Shown here: positions 29,416 through 38,532 of the stretch, piece after piece | Layout: every line of letters starts with the position of its first letter | Numbering within the stretch: position 1 is the first letter of the stretch | From: Patescibacteria group bacterium | GTDB lineage: Bacteria; Patescibacteriota; Patescibacteriia; Patescibacteriales; UBA12465 | Length of the DNA: 64,000 nucleotides | Assembly (NCBI GenBank): GCA_028687275.1 | Contig: JAQUAK010000002.1 | Location: 6,102 to 70,101 of the forward strand | Direction of reading: 5' to 3' | Notes under the pieces: model-generated | What the model saw: the letters and a program-made list of their open reading frames with translations, nothing else | The model's database searches: none | What the model was told of the DNA's origin: nothing | Program-made: the position numbers and the translations under genes

Positions 29416-30453
29416 CTAAAAAAATGAGAAAAAAGTTTTAAATATAAACATTAATAAACGCTGGCTTAAGCTGAGACGCTTAAAACTTAAATCTGGCTGC
29501 ATAGATTCATGTTGCCATTTATCAATAATTCTTCCCAGGGAGGCCACTGCGTGTTTTTGTTGAAAAAAAACACCAATCTCAGCATTAACACCAAAGGAAA
29601 GAATATCAAGATTTTGTGAGCCAACCAGGGCCTCACGATCATCTATCAACATGACCTTAGCGTGGTTCATTTGGGGCGTAAAATAGAATTTAACCCCAAC
29701 GACCGCTAAACGGCAAGCATTAAAATAGTTGATATTATTTAAACTCTTTATATCTGTATTACTAGGTATAATTATTTCTACTTTAACCCCACGAACAACC
29801 GCATCGTCTAAGGCTTTCATAACCCAACGAGGAGGTAGCAAATAAGGAGTAACTATTTTTATAGAAGTAGTAGCCTCAGTTAATTTTGCTAAATAGTAAT
29901 TATTCAAACGATATCTTTTATCACCTATTTCCCAAGTATCAATCACCCAGGATTTTATTTTTTTTACTAATGGCAGCTGACTATTTCTTAAAATATTATT
30001 ATTTTTACCACCACATTGTTGGTAAGTATAAGCAAATGAACGCAATAAAGGTTTAATAATTTTACCTCCTAACCGTAAATGTAAATCTTGCCAATTACGA
30101 ATCTTATTTTCAATATTCACTCCGCCAATAAAAGCTATTTTATTGTCTATAATGACCAGTTTACGATGAGTACGACGCAACCAGCGTGAAAAAAATAATA
30201 ATTCTACCCCGGCAGCACGTAAATCTTGAATCGTGGTATTTTGTAATTCGCTACTACCATAAGCATCTAAAACTAAAACTACCTCCATTCCCGCTAAGGC
30301 TTTTTCTTTTAACTTACCGAAGAAGTCATGCGTCTGTTGAGTATCGCCCAAAAAAATATACATTTCAATATAAACACTTTGTTGGGCTTGATTAATAGCA
30401 AACATGATGCCATCCCAAGCTTTATCTGAAGTTGTATAAAATTTATACCGCAT
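29416..30453 (-). CDS. Phospholipase D family protein (cardiolipin synthase-like, two HKD motifs)
   Basis: HKD motifs HRKLVIIDNKIAFIGGVN and HAKVMLIDDREALVGSQN. Confidence 0.8.
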   Translation of the reverse strand: MRYKFYTTSDKAWDGIMFAINQAQQSVYIEMYIFLGDTQQTHDFFGKLKEKALAGMEVVLVLDAYGSSELQNTTIQDLRAAGVELLFFSRWLRRTHRKLVIIDNKIAFIGGVNIENKIRNWQDLHLRLGGKIIKPLLRSFAYTYQQCGGKNNNILRNSQLPLVKKIKSWVIDTWEIGDKRYRLNNYYLAKLTEATTSIKIVTPYLLPPRWVMKALDDAVVRGVKVEIIIPSNTDIKSLNNINYFNACRLAVVGVKFYFTPQMNHAKVMLIDDREALVGSQNLDILSFGVNAEIGVFFQQKHAVASLGRIIDKWQHESMQPDLSFKRLSLSQRLLMFIFKTFFSFF

Positions 30454-30642
30454 GAGATTATTATATCACGCTTCTGCTAATAAATAAGAATTGTGTTAAA
30501 TCTATATATTAATTATCCTTTTTGAAGTTATTGTTAATTTAGGCAATATCACTCATCACTAGTTTGATGTTTAATTTAATATTGAATATTGATATATTTT
30601 CTCATAGATATAATGTATAATTATATTATATATAAAAAACAC

Positions 30643-32223
30643 ATGACTCCAAAACAACAAATTGAGAAGTGGTTTTCGCTTCAAAAATGGCGACCATTTT
30701 TTTTAATTTTTTCTTTAGGCTTTTTGCTTTATAGTCAGACATTGATTTTCAATCTAACTTATCTAGATGATAACAAGCTATTAATAGACCAGCATGAAGT
30801 GTTAAGCAACATTAGAAGTGTTTCTCAGGCTTTCTCTACAGACGCCTTCTTCGCTGGTACAAATTTTTTTTATCGGCCACTACTCAACCTATCTTTTATC
30901 ATTGATGCTCAATTCGGAGATAAAAATCTATTTTTTTTCTATCATTTAGATAATATCCTTCTTCACATATTAGCCGTTTGTTTGTTATTCATTTTTCTAA
31001 AAAAAATATTAAACAAAAAAAAGTTAGCCTTCTTCTTATCTCTGTTATTTCTAGTTCATCCAGCTTTATCACAAGCTGTTGCTTGGCTGCCAGGACGTAA
31101 TGACTCATTGATGACTATTTTTATCTTAGCCTCCTTTTTGTCTTTATTAAACTTTTGCTCTCGACCACGACTAATAACTCTTTTCGGATATTCATTGTTT
31201 TTCTTTTTAGCATTACTTACTAAAGAAACTGCCATTTTTCTACCCCTTTTGTCCTTACTATATCTTTTTACTATTGGTCGTCAAGATCGACTGATTAATA
31301 ATGAAAAAATAATAGTTCTAATTACATCATTACCAGCTGTTTTTACTTGGTATTTAATGCGTAATTTAGTCGTTGTTAAAGAAAATATAAATTTTACAGC
31401 AGCGATATGGTCAGCTTTAAAAAATTTGCCAGATGCTTTAATAATGAGTGGAAAAATGCTATTACCCTTTAACCTATCGGTCTTGCCTTTTCATGACGAT
31501 TCTTCATTATTCTTAAGTTTACTGGCGCTTATACTAATAGCGCTTGCTTTATTTTTTTCCAAGCAAAAAAGAAAAGATTATCTCATTTTTGGAGCCGCCT
31601 GGTTTCTACTCTTCTTTATGCCTCCGTTCGCTACCGCCGAGCTTGTTCCTTATTTTTTTGAACACCGTCTTTATTTACCTTTAATTGGTTTCCTGATAAT
31701 TTTGGGAGAGATTGACTGGATTAAAAATTTAGATTTTAAAAAGAAAATAATAAAATTTACTGCTATATTAATTATTTTATTTTTTTCTTTTTTAACTTGG
31801 CGGCATAGTCAAAGCTTTAGTGATTATATTACTTTTTGGAAATCAGCCGTCGAAACTTCACCGCACTCATCGCTTGCAAATCGCAATCTCGCTGCTATGT
31901 ACCGTAAAGATAATCAATTAAACTTAGCCGCTAAATATTACCATGGCACCCTAGGCCTTAACCCAAGTGAATCTATACTGTACAATGTCCATAATAATTT
32001 AGGGTTAATATATTTGGAGTGGGGTAATTTTGATTTAGCCGAGACTGAATTAAAAAAAGAAATAAATCTCTACCCAAATAATTATCAAGCTCTGTATAAT
32101 CTAGGTAATTTATATTACAAAGAGAATCGTCTATCAGAAGCGGCCCAATCCTGGCAGGCAACATTAAACATTGAGCCAGAATATTACCAAGCCTATCAAC
32201 GTTTGCATAACCTATCAAAATAA
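30643..32223 (+). CDS. Polytopic membrane protein with C-terminal TPR repeats (putative GT-C/PMT-like glycosyltransferase)
   Basis: About 10 TM helices, followed by TPR-like repeats (YNLGNLYYKENRLSEAAQSWQATLNIEPEY). I prefer the ATG at 30643 over the TTG at 30589. Confidence 0.55.
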   Translation: MTPKQQIEKWFSLQKWRPFFLIFSLGFLLYSQTLIFNLTYLDDNKLLIDQHEVLSNIRSVSQAFSTDAFFAGTNFFYRPLLNLSFIIDAQFGDKNLFFFYHLDNILLHILAVCLLFIFLKKILNKKKLAFFLSLLFLVHPALSQAVAWLPGRNDSLMTIFILASFLSLLNFCSRPRLITLFGYSLFFFLALLTKETAIFLPLLSLLYLFTIGRQDRLINNEKIIVLITSLPAVFTWYLMRNLVVVKENINFTAAIWSALKNLPDALIMSGKMLLPFNLSVLPFHDDSSLFLSLLALILIALALFFSKQKRKDYLIFGAAWFLLFFMPPFATAELVPYFFEHRLYLPLIGFLIILGEIDWIKNLDFKKKIIKFTAILIILFFSFLTWRHSQSFSDYITFWKSAVETSPHSSLANRNLAAMYRKDNQLNLAAKYYHGTLGLNPSESILYNVHNNLGLIYLEWGNFDLAETELKKEINLYPNNYQALYNLGNLYYKENRLSEAAQSWQATLNIEPEYYQAYQRLHNLSK

Positions 32224-32252
32224 AAGACACTCCCGATGGAGTGTCTTTTTTT
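32224..32252 (+). terminator. Intrinsic terminator
   Basis: agacactcc-cgat-ggagtgtct followed by a T-run. Confidence 0.75.
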
Positions 32253-32314
32253 GCGTAGTCCCTATTATTTAATTATCGTGCGAATCATTCTGACGCAATA
32301 GATTAAAGTCTTTG

Positions 32315-32343
32315 TTGACAAATTTATTTAAATGTGTTATAAT
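32315..32343 (+). promoter_or_regulatory. Perfect-consensus sigma70-type promoter
   Basis: TTGACA (32315-32320), a 17-nt spacer, then TATAAT (32338-32343). It sits ~68 nt upstream of the 32411 ATG. Confidence 0.7.
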
Positions 32344-32410
32344 ATCAACTATCATTTAACCACGTTCATTTAAAAATTAAAAAATATACACCTAAAAAGA
32401 AAGTAAAGTC

Positions 32411-33250
32411 ATGAAAAAACTTATTTTTGTTGCGATTTTTGCCTGCTACTGTCAATTTTCTTTTGGTTTCTGTGAAAGTCATTGCCGAACAGATTCGTCG
32501 GGGATGGAAATATTTCAAACAAATCACCGTTATCACGAGCGATACACTTTTAACTCCTGCCTAACTGGGGCGTTACAACCGATTAGTCTATTCCCACGGG
32601 CAAATTTTCCATTTCAAAAAAAGGAAAGCCTGATTAAAGATCTTTCTGATTTTAAATCGGAAGAAATTAGAAAGCATTTTTCTTGTAAAATGAGATATCC
32701 GGTTGAATTTGAAAATCTGGTGTTAAGTTTAGCGCACGATCTTAATGGGCAAGATGATATCAGCCAACTTAGCGCTAAAGAAGCTTTAACACTACTTGCT
32801 AATGTTATTAGATTTCAATTATCCGATGACGGAAGTGACAACGACATTGTCGCGCAAGCTATTGAGCCCGTACTAGAGGTATTACGAACACGTAGACACT
32901 TCCAGCTTAGTATTTTTGAAATATTAAGTGCCGATGAATATTTTTTATCGGGCCACAAAAAACTAGACTATTATTGTGGCATGACATCGTGGATAAGCGT
33001 TCATGCTTTTGATGTATTTAAAGCGCACATACCTTCATTAAGGAATGTGTATATGTTTGAATGTGGGCTACAGGGGCCTGCTCACAGTTTTAACTTAATG
33101 GTGACTGTTGATGAGGAAAGCATCGGAATGTATCTCATTGATTTCCAAAAAGAAAAATTTTGGGATCATAACCTGATTATATCCGCTGAAAATCTTTTAA
33201 ATGACCTCGATATGTCAAAACATATCGAACTCACAAAAATAAGTCATTAA
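32411..33250 (+). CDS. Hypothetical secreted protein (signal peptide); possible papain/transglutaminase-like Cys-His-Asp fold
   Basis: N-terminal signal peptide MKKLIFVAIFACYCQFSFG. An ordered set YYCGMTSW ... GPAHSFNLMV ... YLIDF resembles a Cys/His/Asp triad, but the fold assignment is weak. Confidence 0.55.
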   Translation: MKKLIFVAIFACYCQFSFGFCESHCRTDSSGMEIFQTNHRYHERYTFNSCLTGALQPISLFPRANFPFQKKESLIKDLSDFKSEEIRKHFSCKMRYPVEFENLVLSLAHDLNGQDDISQLSAKEALTLLANVIRFQLSDDGSDNDIVAQAIEPVLEVLRTRRHFQLSIFEILSADEYFLSGHKKLDYYCGMTSWISVHAFDVFKAHIPSLRNVYMFECGLQGPAHSFNLMVTVDEESIGMYLIDFQKEKFWDHNLIISAENLLNDLDMSKHIELTKISH

Positions 33251-33263
33251 ACCAAAAAAATAG

Positions 33264-33292
33264 GGATTCAATTCAAAACTGAATCCTTTTTT
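33264..33292 (+). terminator. Intrinsic terminator
   Basis: ggattca-attcaaaac-tgaatcc followed by a T-run. Confidence 0.7.
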
Positions 33293-33364
33293 ATTTCTTC
33301 CTTTATTTAATAATTAAAACTAAATAAAAAAACAACCCAACTTAATAATGGGTTGTTTATTTTG

Positions 33365-33436
33365 TAGTCCCTAGGGGAGTCGAACCCCTCTTACCAGGAT
33401 GAAAACCTGGTGTCCTAACCGATAGACGAAGGGACC
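33365..33436 (-). tRNA. tRNA-Glu (UUC)
   Basis: The reverse complement folds as acceptor ggtccct/agggact, anticodon stem ccagg/cctgg, loop ttTTCat and T arm agggg-ttcgact-cccct. Confidence 0.88.
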
Positions 33437-33583
33437 AAGATAAAAAAATAGAACAAAAAGTTCTTATTTGCAAAAATATTGTATATATATTTTTAATCTT
33501 TGTCAAATAAATTTCTAATCTATTTATCTTTATTTTTCTAGAAAATCTTGCCTTAATTCCAAAATACATTACAATAACTATAT

Positions 33584-34621
33584 ATGTATATTTTAGGAAT
33601 AGAAAGTAGCTGTGATGAAAGCGCTGCCTCCGTTTTAAAGGCTTCTGGTCAAAAAACGGAAATTTTAAGTAATATAATTTCCTCACAAATCGATATTCAC
33701 GCTCAGTACGGAGGAGTAATTCCTGAGATTGCCGCCCGCGAGCATGTTTTGAATATTCTACCAACCATAGAAGAAGCTTTAAGACAAGCAAAAATTAGTG
33801 CTAAAAATCTAAAAGCTATCGCCGTTACTCAAGGGCCAGGTCTTTTAAGTTCTCTAATTGCGGGTGTAGAGACGGCCAAGTCTTTATCTTTAGCTTGGGG
33901 CAAGCCAATTATCCCAGTTCACCATATTATCGGTCATATTTATGCTAACTTTATAAACACTAACAAACAACCACAATTCCCTCTTTTAGCTCTCGTGGTT
34001 TCAGGCGGACATAGTAATATTATTTATATGTCTGATCACTACCAATTCAAAATAATTGGTGAAACCCGAGATGATGCTGCCGGTGAAGCTTATGATAAAG
34101 CGGCTAAAATGATGGGCCTATCTTATCCCGGCGGACCAATAGTCGCTAAGCATGCCGAAGAATTTCGTCAAAGCGGAAAATCAAGTATAATCGAATTACC
34201 CCGACCAATGATCTATTCACCTGATTTTAATTTTTCTTTTTCTGGCCTTAAAACAGCCCTATTATATCAACTACAAAAAGATAAAAACTGGAAAGACAAA
34301 ATTTCTGAGTATTGTTTTGCTTTTGAACAAGCGATTATTGAAACTTTAAGCCATAAAATTATTAAAGCTGCTAAAAAATATCCGGTCAAAAGCATTCTTT
34401 TGGCCGGCGGAGTCGCAGCCAATAAAGCCCTAAGACTACAATTAGAAACAGAGATTAGTGAAAAATTACCTAAAATAAGACTATCTTTACCAAATTTAAG
34501 TTATACCACCGATAACGCCGCTATGATTGCCTCGGCTGGATATTTTAACTACTATAAACATAAAAACAAGTCCTTTGTTGATCTTGCAAAGATTAATGCT
34601 CGCTGTGATCTTAAAATGTAG
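33584..34621 (+). CDS. tsaD: tRNA N6-adenosine threonylcarbamoyltransferase TsaD (Kae1/Gcp)
   Basis: MYILGIESSCDESAASV, HHIIGHIYA, VVSGGHSNI, and the C-terminal GGVAAN...TDNAAMIA. Confidence 0.93.
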   Translation: MYILGIESSCDESAASVLKASGQKTEILSNIISSQIDIHAQYGGVIPEIAAREHVLNILPTIEEALRQAKISAKNLKAIAVTQGPGLLSSLIAGVETAKSLSLAWGKPIIPVHHIIGHIYANFINTNKQPQFPLLALVVSGGHSNIIYMSDHYQFKIIGETRDDAAGEAYDKAAKMMGLSYPGGPIVAKHAEEFRQSGKSSIIELPRPMIYSPDFNFSFSGLKTALLYQLQKDKNWKDKISEYCFAFEQAIIETLSHKIIKAAKKYPVKSILLAGGVAANKALRLQLETEISEKLPKIRLSLPNLSYTTDNAAMIASAGYFNYYKHKNKSFVDLAKINARCDLKM

Positions 34622-34670
34622 ACTTTATTTGCTTTTTTAACAACAATCTATTAAAATATTGATACATATT

Positions 34671-34744
34671 GGCTCGATGGTGAAGTGGTCTAACACTGCA
34701 GTTTGCAAAACTGCCATTCGTGGGTTCGACTCCCACTCGAGCCT
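34671..34744 (+). tRNA. tRNA-Cys (GCA)
   Basis: Acceptor ggctcga/tcgagcc, anticodon stem gcagt/actgc, loop ttGCAaa and T arm gtggg-ttcgact-cccac. Confidence 0.88.
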
Positions 34745-34753
34745 CAAATAAAA

Positions 34754-34782
34754 AATCTCACCAAATAAGGTGAGATTTTTTA
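34754..34782 (+). terminator. Intrinsic terminator after tRNA-Cys
   Basis: atctcacc-aaataa-ggtgagat followed by a T-run. Confidence 0.7.
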
Positions 34783-34796
34783 TTTAGTTAAACATC

Positions 34797-34962
34797 TGTG
34801 GATAACTTGTGTTTTCTGTGTATAAAATATATTTTTTAGTCTAGGTTTACCTAGACTTAAGGTCTAATAACATCTATTTTTTAAGCTAATTTTAGATTAA
34901 TTATTTAATATTGGCAAGAAATCGTTAGTATCCTTGCTTTATCCACAAATACATGCTATAAT
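34797..34962. promoter_or_regulatory. DnaA-box cluster plus strong promoter
   Basis: Perfect DnaA boxes tgtggataa (34797-34805) and ttatccaca (34939-34947), plus an 8/9 box tgtgtataa (34817-34825). There is also the palindrome agtctagg-ttta-cctagact (34848-34867). The promoter is TTGCTT (34934-34939), 17 nt, then TGcTATAAT (34954-34962), with a DnaA box inside the spacer. Confidence 0.6.
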
Positions 34963-35237
34963 ACTAATAGTTAAACAAAGTTCATTTCACTGAGTCTTAA
35001 AAACATTGTCGGAGTTAGTACGACAAAAGAAGAGTTAAAATAACTCACAGAGCAGGTATAAGTGCTAATAAAAAGCAGAAAAAAGCTTAATAAAATCTAA
35101 AAAAGTAATTTTATCAAGTTTTTATCTAAAAATTAGCAAAATTAATTAAAATACATACAACCCTGCAAAGAAACGGTGAAAAGACATGCTTTAAAACTAA
35201 CAAAAGCCTCAATAATCCTGGTGAATAAACTAGGATT

Positions 35238-35305
35238 GGGGCTCAGACGACGGCCTATTACTTGCTTTTTATAGCAAAGAACTGCCCGTTCTGGGCCCCT
35301 TTTTT
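35238..35305 (+). terminator. Large compound hairpin with T6 (end of a putative ~335-nt non-coding transcript)
   Basis: ggggctcagacgacggc pairs imperfectly with ctgcccgttctgggcccc around an inner ttgct-ttttat-agcaa hairpin. TTTTTT follows. Confidence 0.55.
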
Positions 35306-35389
35306 AATACTTAAATATTTAATTGCTTTTTACACCTAAATTTGCTAAAACATAGATACACTATAATATTAGCAAATAATTTTAATCAT

Positions 35390-36454
35390 ATGGCGCTATC
35401 TATTGGCATTGTCGGATTACCTAATGTTGGGAAATCAAGTCTATTTAATATACTTACCAAAAAATCCGTAGAAGCAGCTAATTATCCTTTTTGCACAATT
35501 GATCCGAATGTGGGCGTGGTTAAAGTGCCCGACAAGCGCTTGAATGAATTAGCGGCTGTTTCTAAACCACTTAAAGTAATACCAACCTCCATTGAGTTTG
35601 TTGATATTGCCGGTTTAGTGGCTGGAGCCAGTAAAGGAGAGGGCTTGGGTAATAAATTTCTATCTCATATCCGTGAATGTGATGCTATTTGTGAAGTAAT
35701 TCGTAATTTTGAAGATAACAATATTATTCACGTTAATGGTAAAATTAATCCTAAAGGTGATAAAGAGACAATTAATCTTGAATTAATCCTAGCTGACTTA
35801 GCTAGTATTGAAAAAAGATTAGACAAAACTCGCCGTGAAAGCCGTAGTGGTAATAAAGAACTGATTAATCAAACGGCTATTTTAGATAAAATATACAAAC
35901 ACCTTGAACAAGGCCTATCTGCCCGCTCTCTAAGTTTTGGTGACGAAGACATGCCTTTTGTAAAAGAGCTTAATCTTTTAACAATTAAGCCAATTATATA
36001 TTTACTAAACGCCGATGATTTAAATAATTTACCAGACCTAGGAGAAATGGACGGCGAAGTTATTAGTGTGAATGTAAAAATTGAAGAAGAAATTGCTGGC
36101 CTGCCCGAAGAAGAACAAGCTGAGTATATTCAAGAGCTTGGCCTCAAACAGAGTGGACTAGACAAATTAATTGCCGCTTCTTATAAACTGCTAGGGCTGG
36201 ATACATTTTTTACGACTGGCCCTGATGAAACTAGAGCTTGGACCATCAAACACGGGGCTAAGGGACCAGAAGCAGCCGGCGTTATTCACACTGACTTTAT
36301 TAAAGGCTTCATCCGAGCAGAGGTTATCCAGTGGGATAAATTTGTTGCTGCCGGCAATGAAAATAAAGCCAGGGAACAAGGGCTCATTCGTACTGAAGGT
36401 AAAGATTATGTAGTTAGAGATGGCGACGTCTGTAATTTCTTGGTTAATAGATAA
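35390..36454 (+). CDS. ychF: Ribosome-binding ATPase YchF
   Basis: MALSIGIVGLPNVGKSSLFN, followed by TGS and C-terminal YchF regions. The ATG at 35390 is preferred over the upstream TTG. Confidence 0.93.
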   Translation: MALSIGIVGLPNVGKSSLFNILTKKSVEAANYPFCTIDPNVGVVKVPDKRLNELAAVSKPLKVIPTSIEFVDIAGLVAGASKGEGLGNKFLSHIRECDAICEVIRNFEDNNIIHVNGKINPKGDKETINLELILADLASIEKRLDKTRRESRSGNKELINQTAILDKIYKHLEQGLSARSLSFGDEDMPFVKELNLLTIKPIIYLLNADDLNNLPDLGEMDGEVISVNVKIEEEIAGLPEEEQAEYIQELGLKQSGLDKLIAASYKLLGLDTFFTTGPDETRAWTIKHGAKGPEAAGVIHTDFIKGFIRAEVIQWDKFVAAGNENKAREQGLIRTEGKDYVVRDGDVCNFLVNR

Positions 36455-36480
36455 TGAGATATAAAAATAGACAAACAAAA

Positions 36481-36515
36481 AACCCACGTTAAGATAAAAA
36501 TCACGTGGGTTTTTA
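36481..36515. terminator. Bidirectional terminator
   Basis: aacccacgt ... acgtgggtt stem flanked by A- and T-runs. Confidence 0.65.
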
Positions 36516-36529
36516 TATTAATAAAGTAG

Positions 36530-37090
36530 TTATGCTGCTAAAGATATTGATGGAGGGCGATTTGATATATTACTAGACCCTCTACCAGATTCTAAATTTT
36601 TACTCCCTGCTAAACCAGGATTGTTATTTTTCTGCGCCTGAGAAATAGAAACCATCGGACGAGATGATCGTCTATCAAGATTACCAGGAGAGGCAACACC
36701 GCTAAGGCCAGACTGGTTGATTGATTTGGGCTGGTTAGCCATGCCTGGGCCCTTAATATCTTGCTCGTCAGATCTATTAATGCGAGCGTGCGATACTTTA
36801 ATCTTTTTGTCATCTGTCTTTGACAGCCTCTTTAACACATCTTTAACAATGCCAACTTGCCTGGCAGATAAATTAGTTGTTGATTTAATATTTCTTAAAG
36901 CACTATTTTGATAAGAAGAATTAAAGCGACCTTCTTTAATTAAGCCAGAGTACTTAGCCACCGCCTTATTAATCGCATCCTTATTATCTGAAACTTCTCG
37001 CAATAAACCACCAGCAGAATTCAACTTTTGCTTAAAGTTTGAGCTCTTAAATTTTTCTCCGCCCTTTGGTAGATGATCAACTGCCCTCAT
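36530..37090 (-). CDS. Hypothetical protein with low-complexity, likely disordered C-terminal half
   Basis: 186-aa ORF whose start overlaps the upstream methyltransferase stop (ATGA). No family recognised. Confidence 0.45.
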   Translation of the reverse strand: MRAVDHLPKGGEKFKSSNFKQKLNSAGGLLREVSDNKDAINKAVAKYSGLIKEGRFNSSYQNSALRNIKSTTNLSARQVGIVKDVLKRLSKTDDKKIKVSHARINRSDEQDIKGPGMANQPKSINQSGLSGVASPGNLDRRSSRPMVSISQAQKNNNPGLAGSKNLESGRGSSNISNRPPSISLAA

Positions 37091-38280
37091 ATATTTTTAT
37101 TAATTTTTTCTAAAACAATTAGCTCGCGCCAAACTTTTTGGCCATCACGATGATATAGCAGGGTTCCTCGCTGACTAAGCTTGCACCATGGTAAATCTTG
37201 GAGTTTCTCTGGGAGAAGATTAGGGACTTGCCACTTATCTAAGTTAGCCTCAATAAACTTGTTACCAAAAAATACTGGCCAAACCATCACTAAGCGGCCA
37301 TCATTTTTTAAAATATTATAAAAATTATCTAAGGCTCGAGAATACAAATCAGCCAGCTCGGCGCACACCTCATCAATGTCGCTTAAACCACGTTGAGGGC
37401 CTAAATAAGGCTCAGTAATAATAGAATCAACTGTTTTTGGCTTTATGAATTGATCTAAACGAGTAGCATTTTTAATATGAAACTTGGCTCTAGTTTCTAA
37501 ATTATATAATTCACGTAACCATTCAGCATTAATCCGGCTATCTTTAATAGCTTTTTCTGATAAATCTGTACCCATTAAATTAGTATAGCCCATGAGCATT
37601 GCTTCATTAATAACTGTGCCTGAACCACAAAAAGCGTCAAGTAATAGACCATCAGGCGACATTTGTCCGGCAAAATTTATCATCATTTGTGCTAATTTTG
37701 GCGGCAACATGCCTGAATGATCATCGCGTACTGGTCGTCCAAAATCACGCCGTGATAATTCTTTATAGGGCTGAATAGCTAAAGTACGAGCAATGACTAA
37801 AGTTTGCTCACGACGATAAAGAATTAATTCCGCACCCTTACTTAAAAGCTTATTTTGGCCAACCACAACACTAGATAATTCTTTTTCGCGACTAGTAACC
37901 AAACGAGATGAAATATCTGCTGATTTTAGCTCTTTCTTAATATTGAGTCCTAATTTTTCTACCTGAATATGACTACCTACTCCCTGATCAGATAAACCAA
38001 AAACTAGCTTACCTTCACCTCTACTGGCCTTATCTATTAACAGCTTTGTACATTTTTTAGCTAAGTCTGGTATCGCTGTATTAATTGGTAATTCTAGCTC
38101 AATTTCAGCAATTTTTAGGACTCCACCTAAATTATTAATTAAATTTTCAGCATTAATTTCAATATCTTTTTTAACAAAAATCCGCTCATTTTCCCAAAAT
38201 GTTTCTTTTTCGCCTAAAACAGCCAGCAATTCTGCTACTGACCAGGTTGGATGCGTACCTAAAATAAAAGCATAATTCAT
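37087..38280 (-). CDS. Class I SAM-dependent methyltransferase (UPF0020/Trm11-like, putative RNA methylase)
   Basis: SAM motif LLDAFCGSGTVINEA, an acidic loop GTDLSEKAI and a catalytic-type motif IITEPYLG. Confidence 0.6.
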   Translation of the reverse strand: MNYAFILGTHPTWSVAELLAVLGEKETFWENERIFVKKDIEINAENLINNLGGVLKIAEIELELPINTAIPDLAKKCTKLLIDKASRGEGKLVFGLSDQGVGSHIQVEKLGLNIKKELKSADISSRLVTSREKELSSVVVGQNKLLSKGAELILYRREQTLVIARTLAIQPYKELSRRDFGRPVRDDHSGMLPPKLAQMMINFAGQMSPDGLLLDAFCGSGTVINEAMLMGYTNLMGTDLSEKAIKDSRINAEWLRELYNLETRAKFHIKNATRLDQFIKPKTVDSIITEPYLGPQRGLSDIDEVCAELADLYSRALDNFYNILKNDGRLVMVWPVFFGNKFIEANLDKWQVPNLLPEKLQDLPWCKLSQRGTLLYHRDGQKVWRELIVLEKINKNI

Positions 38281-38389
38281 ATAACTACATAATGCCCTAA
38301 CTCTTGCATTTTTTCAAGCTTCATGATAAATTAAAGGCACAAAAAAATATTATATATATCTTTCCCATATTCTAATTCTTAATTAGGAT

Positions 38390-38462
38390 AATTCCGCTTC
38401 TAAATAATAACGGAATTAAAGGTATTCTTAGAAACCCAAAATCTTTGAATACTTGGGTTTTT
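38390..38462 (+). promoter_or_regulatory. Two hairpins in the rpsF 5' region (possible S6:S18-type leader or attenuator)
   Basis: aattccg (38390-38396) pairs with cggaatt (38411-38417). aacccaa (38433-38439) pairs with ttgggtt (38453-38459) and is followed by a T-run, ~70 nt upstream of rpsF. Confidence 0.3.
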
Positions 38463-38532
38463 GTTTAATAATCAGAGTTAATAAAAATGTTAACTTAAGC
38501 TTAAATCATTTTTACTACTCTTATGTTACATT

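Noticed and set aside
33357-33791. 144-aa minus-strand ORF.
   Set aside because: It starts inside tsaD (antisense), crosses the tsaD promoter region and ends within tRNA-Glu (33365-33436), so it overlaps both. Its composition is that of translated low-complexity intergenic DNA.
34965-35312. tmRNA or RNase P RNA in the ~335-nt promoter-to-terminator interval.
   Set aside because: There is no tRNA-like acceptor and T arm (GGTTCGA...CCA end) and no plausible tag ORF ending in Ala-Ala. The RNase P motifs (GAGGAAAGUCC, ACANAA) are also absent. The class is left unknown.
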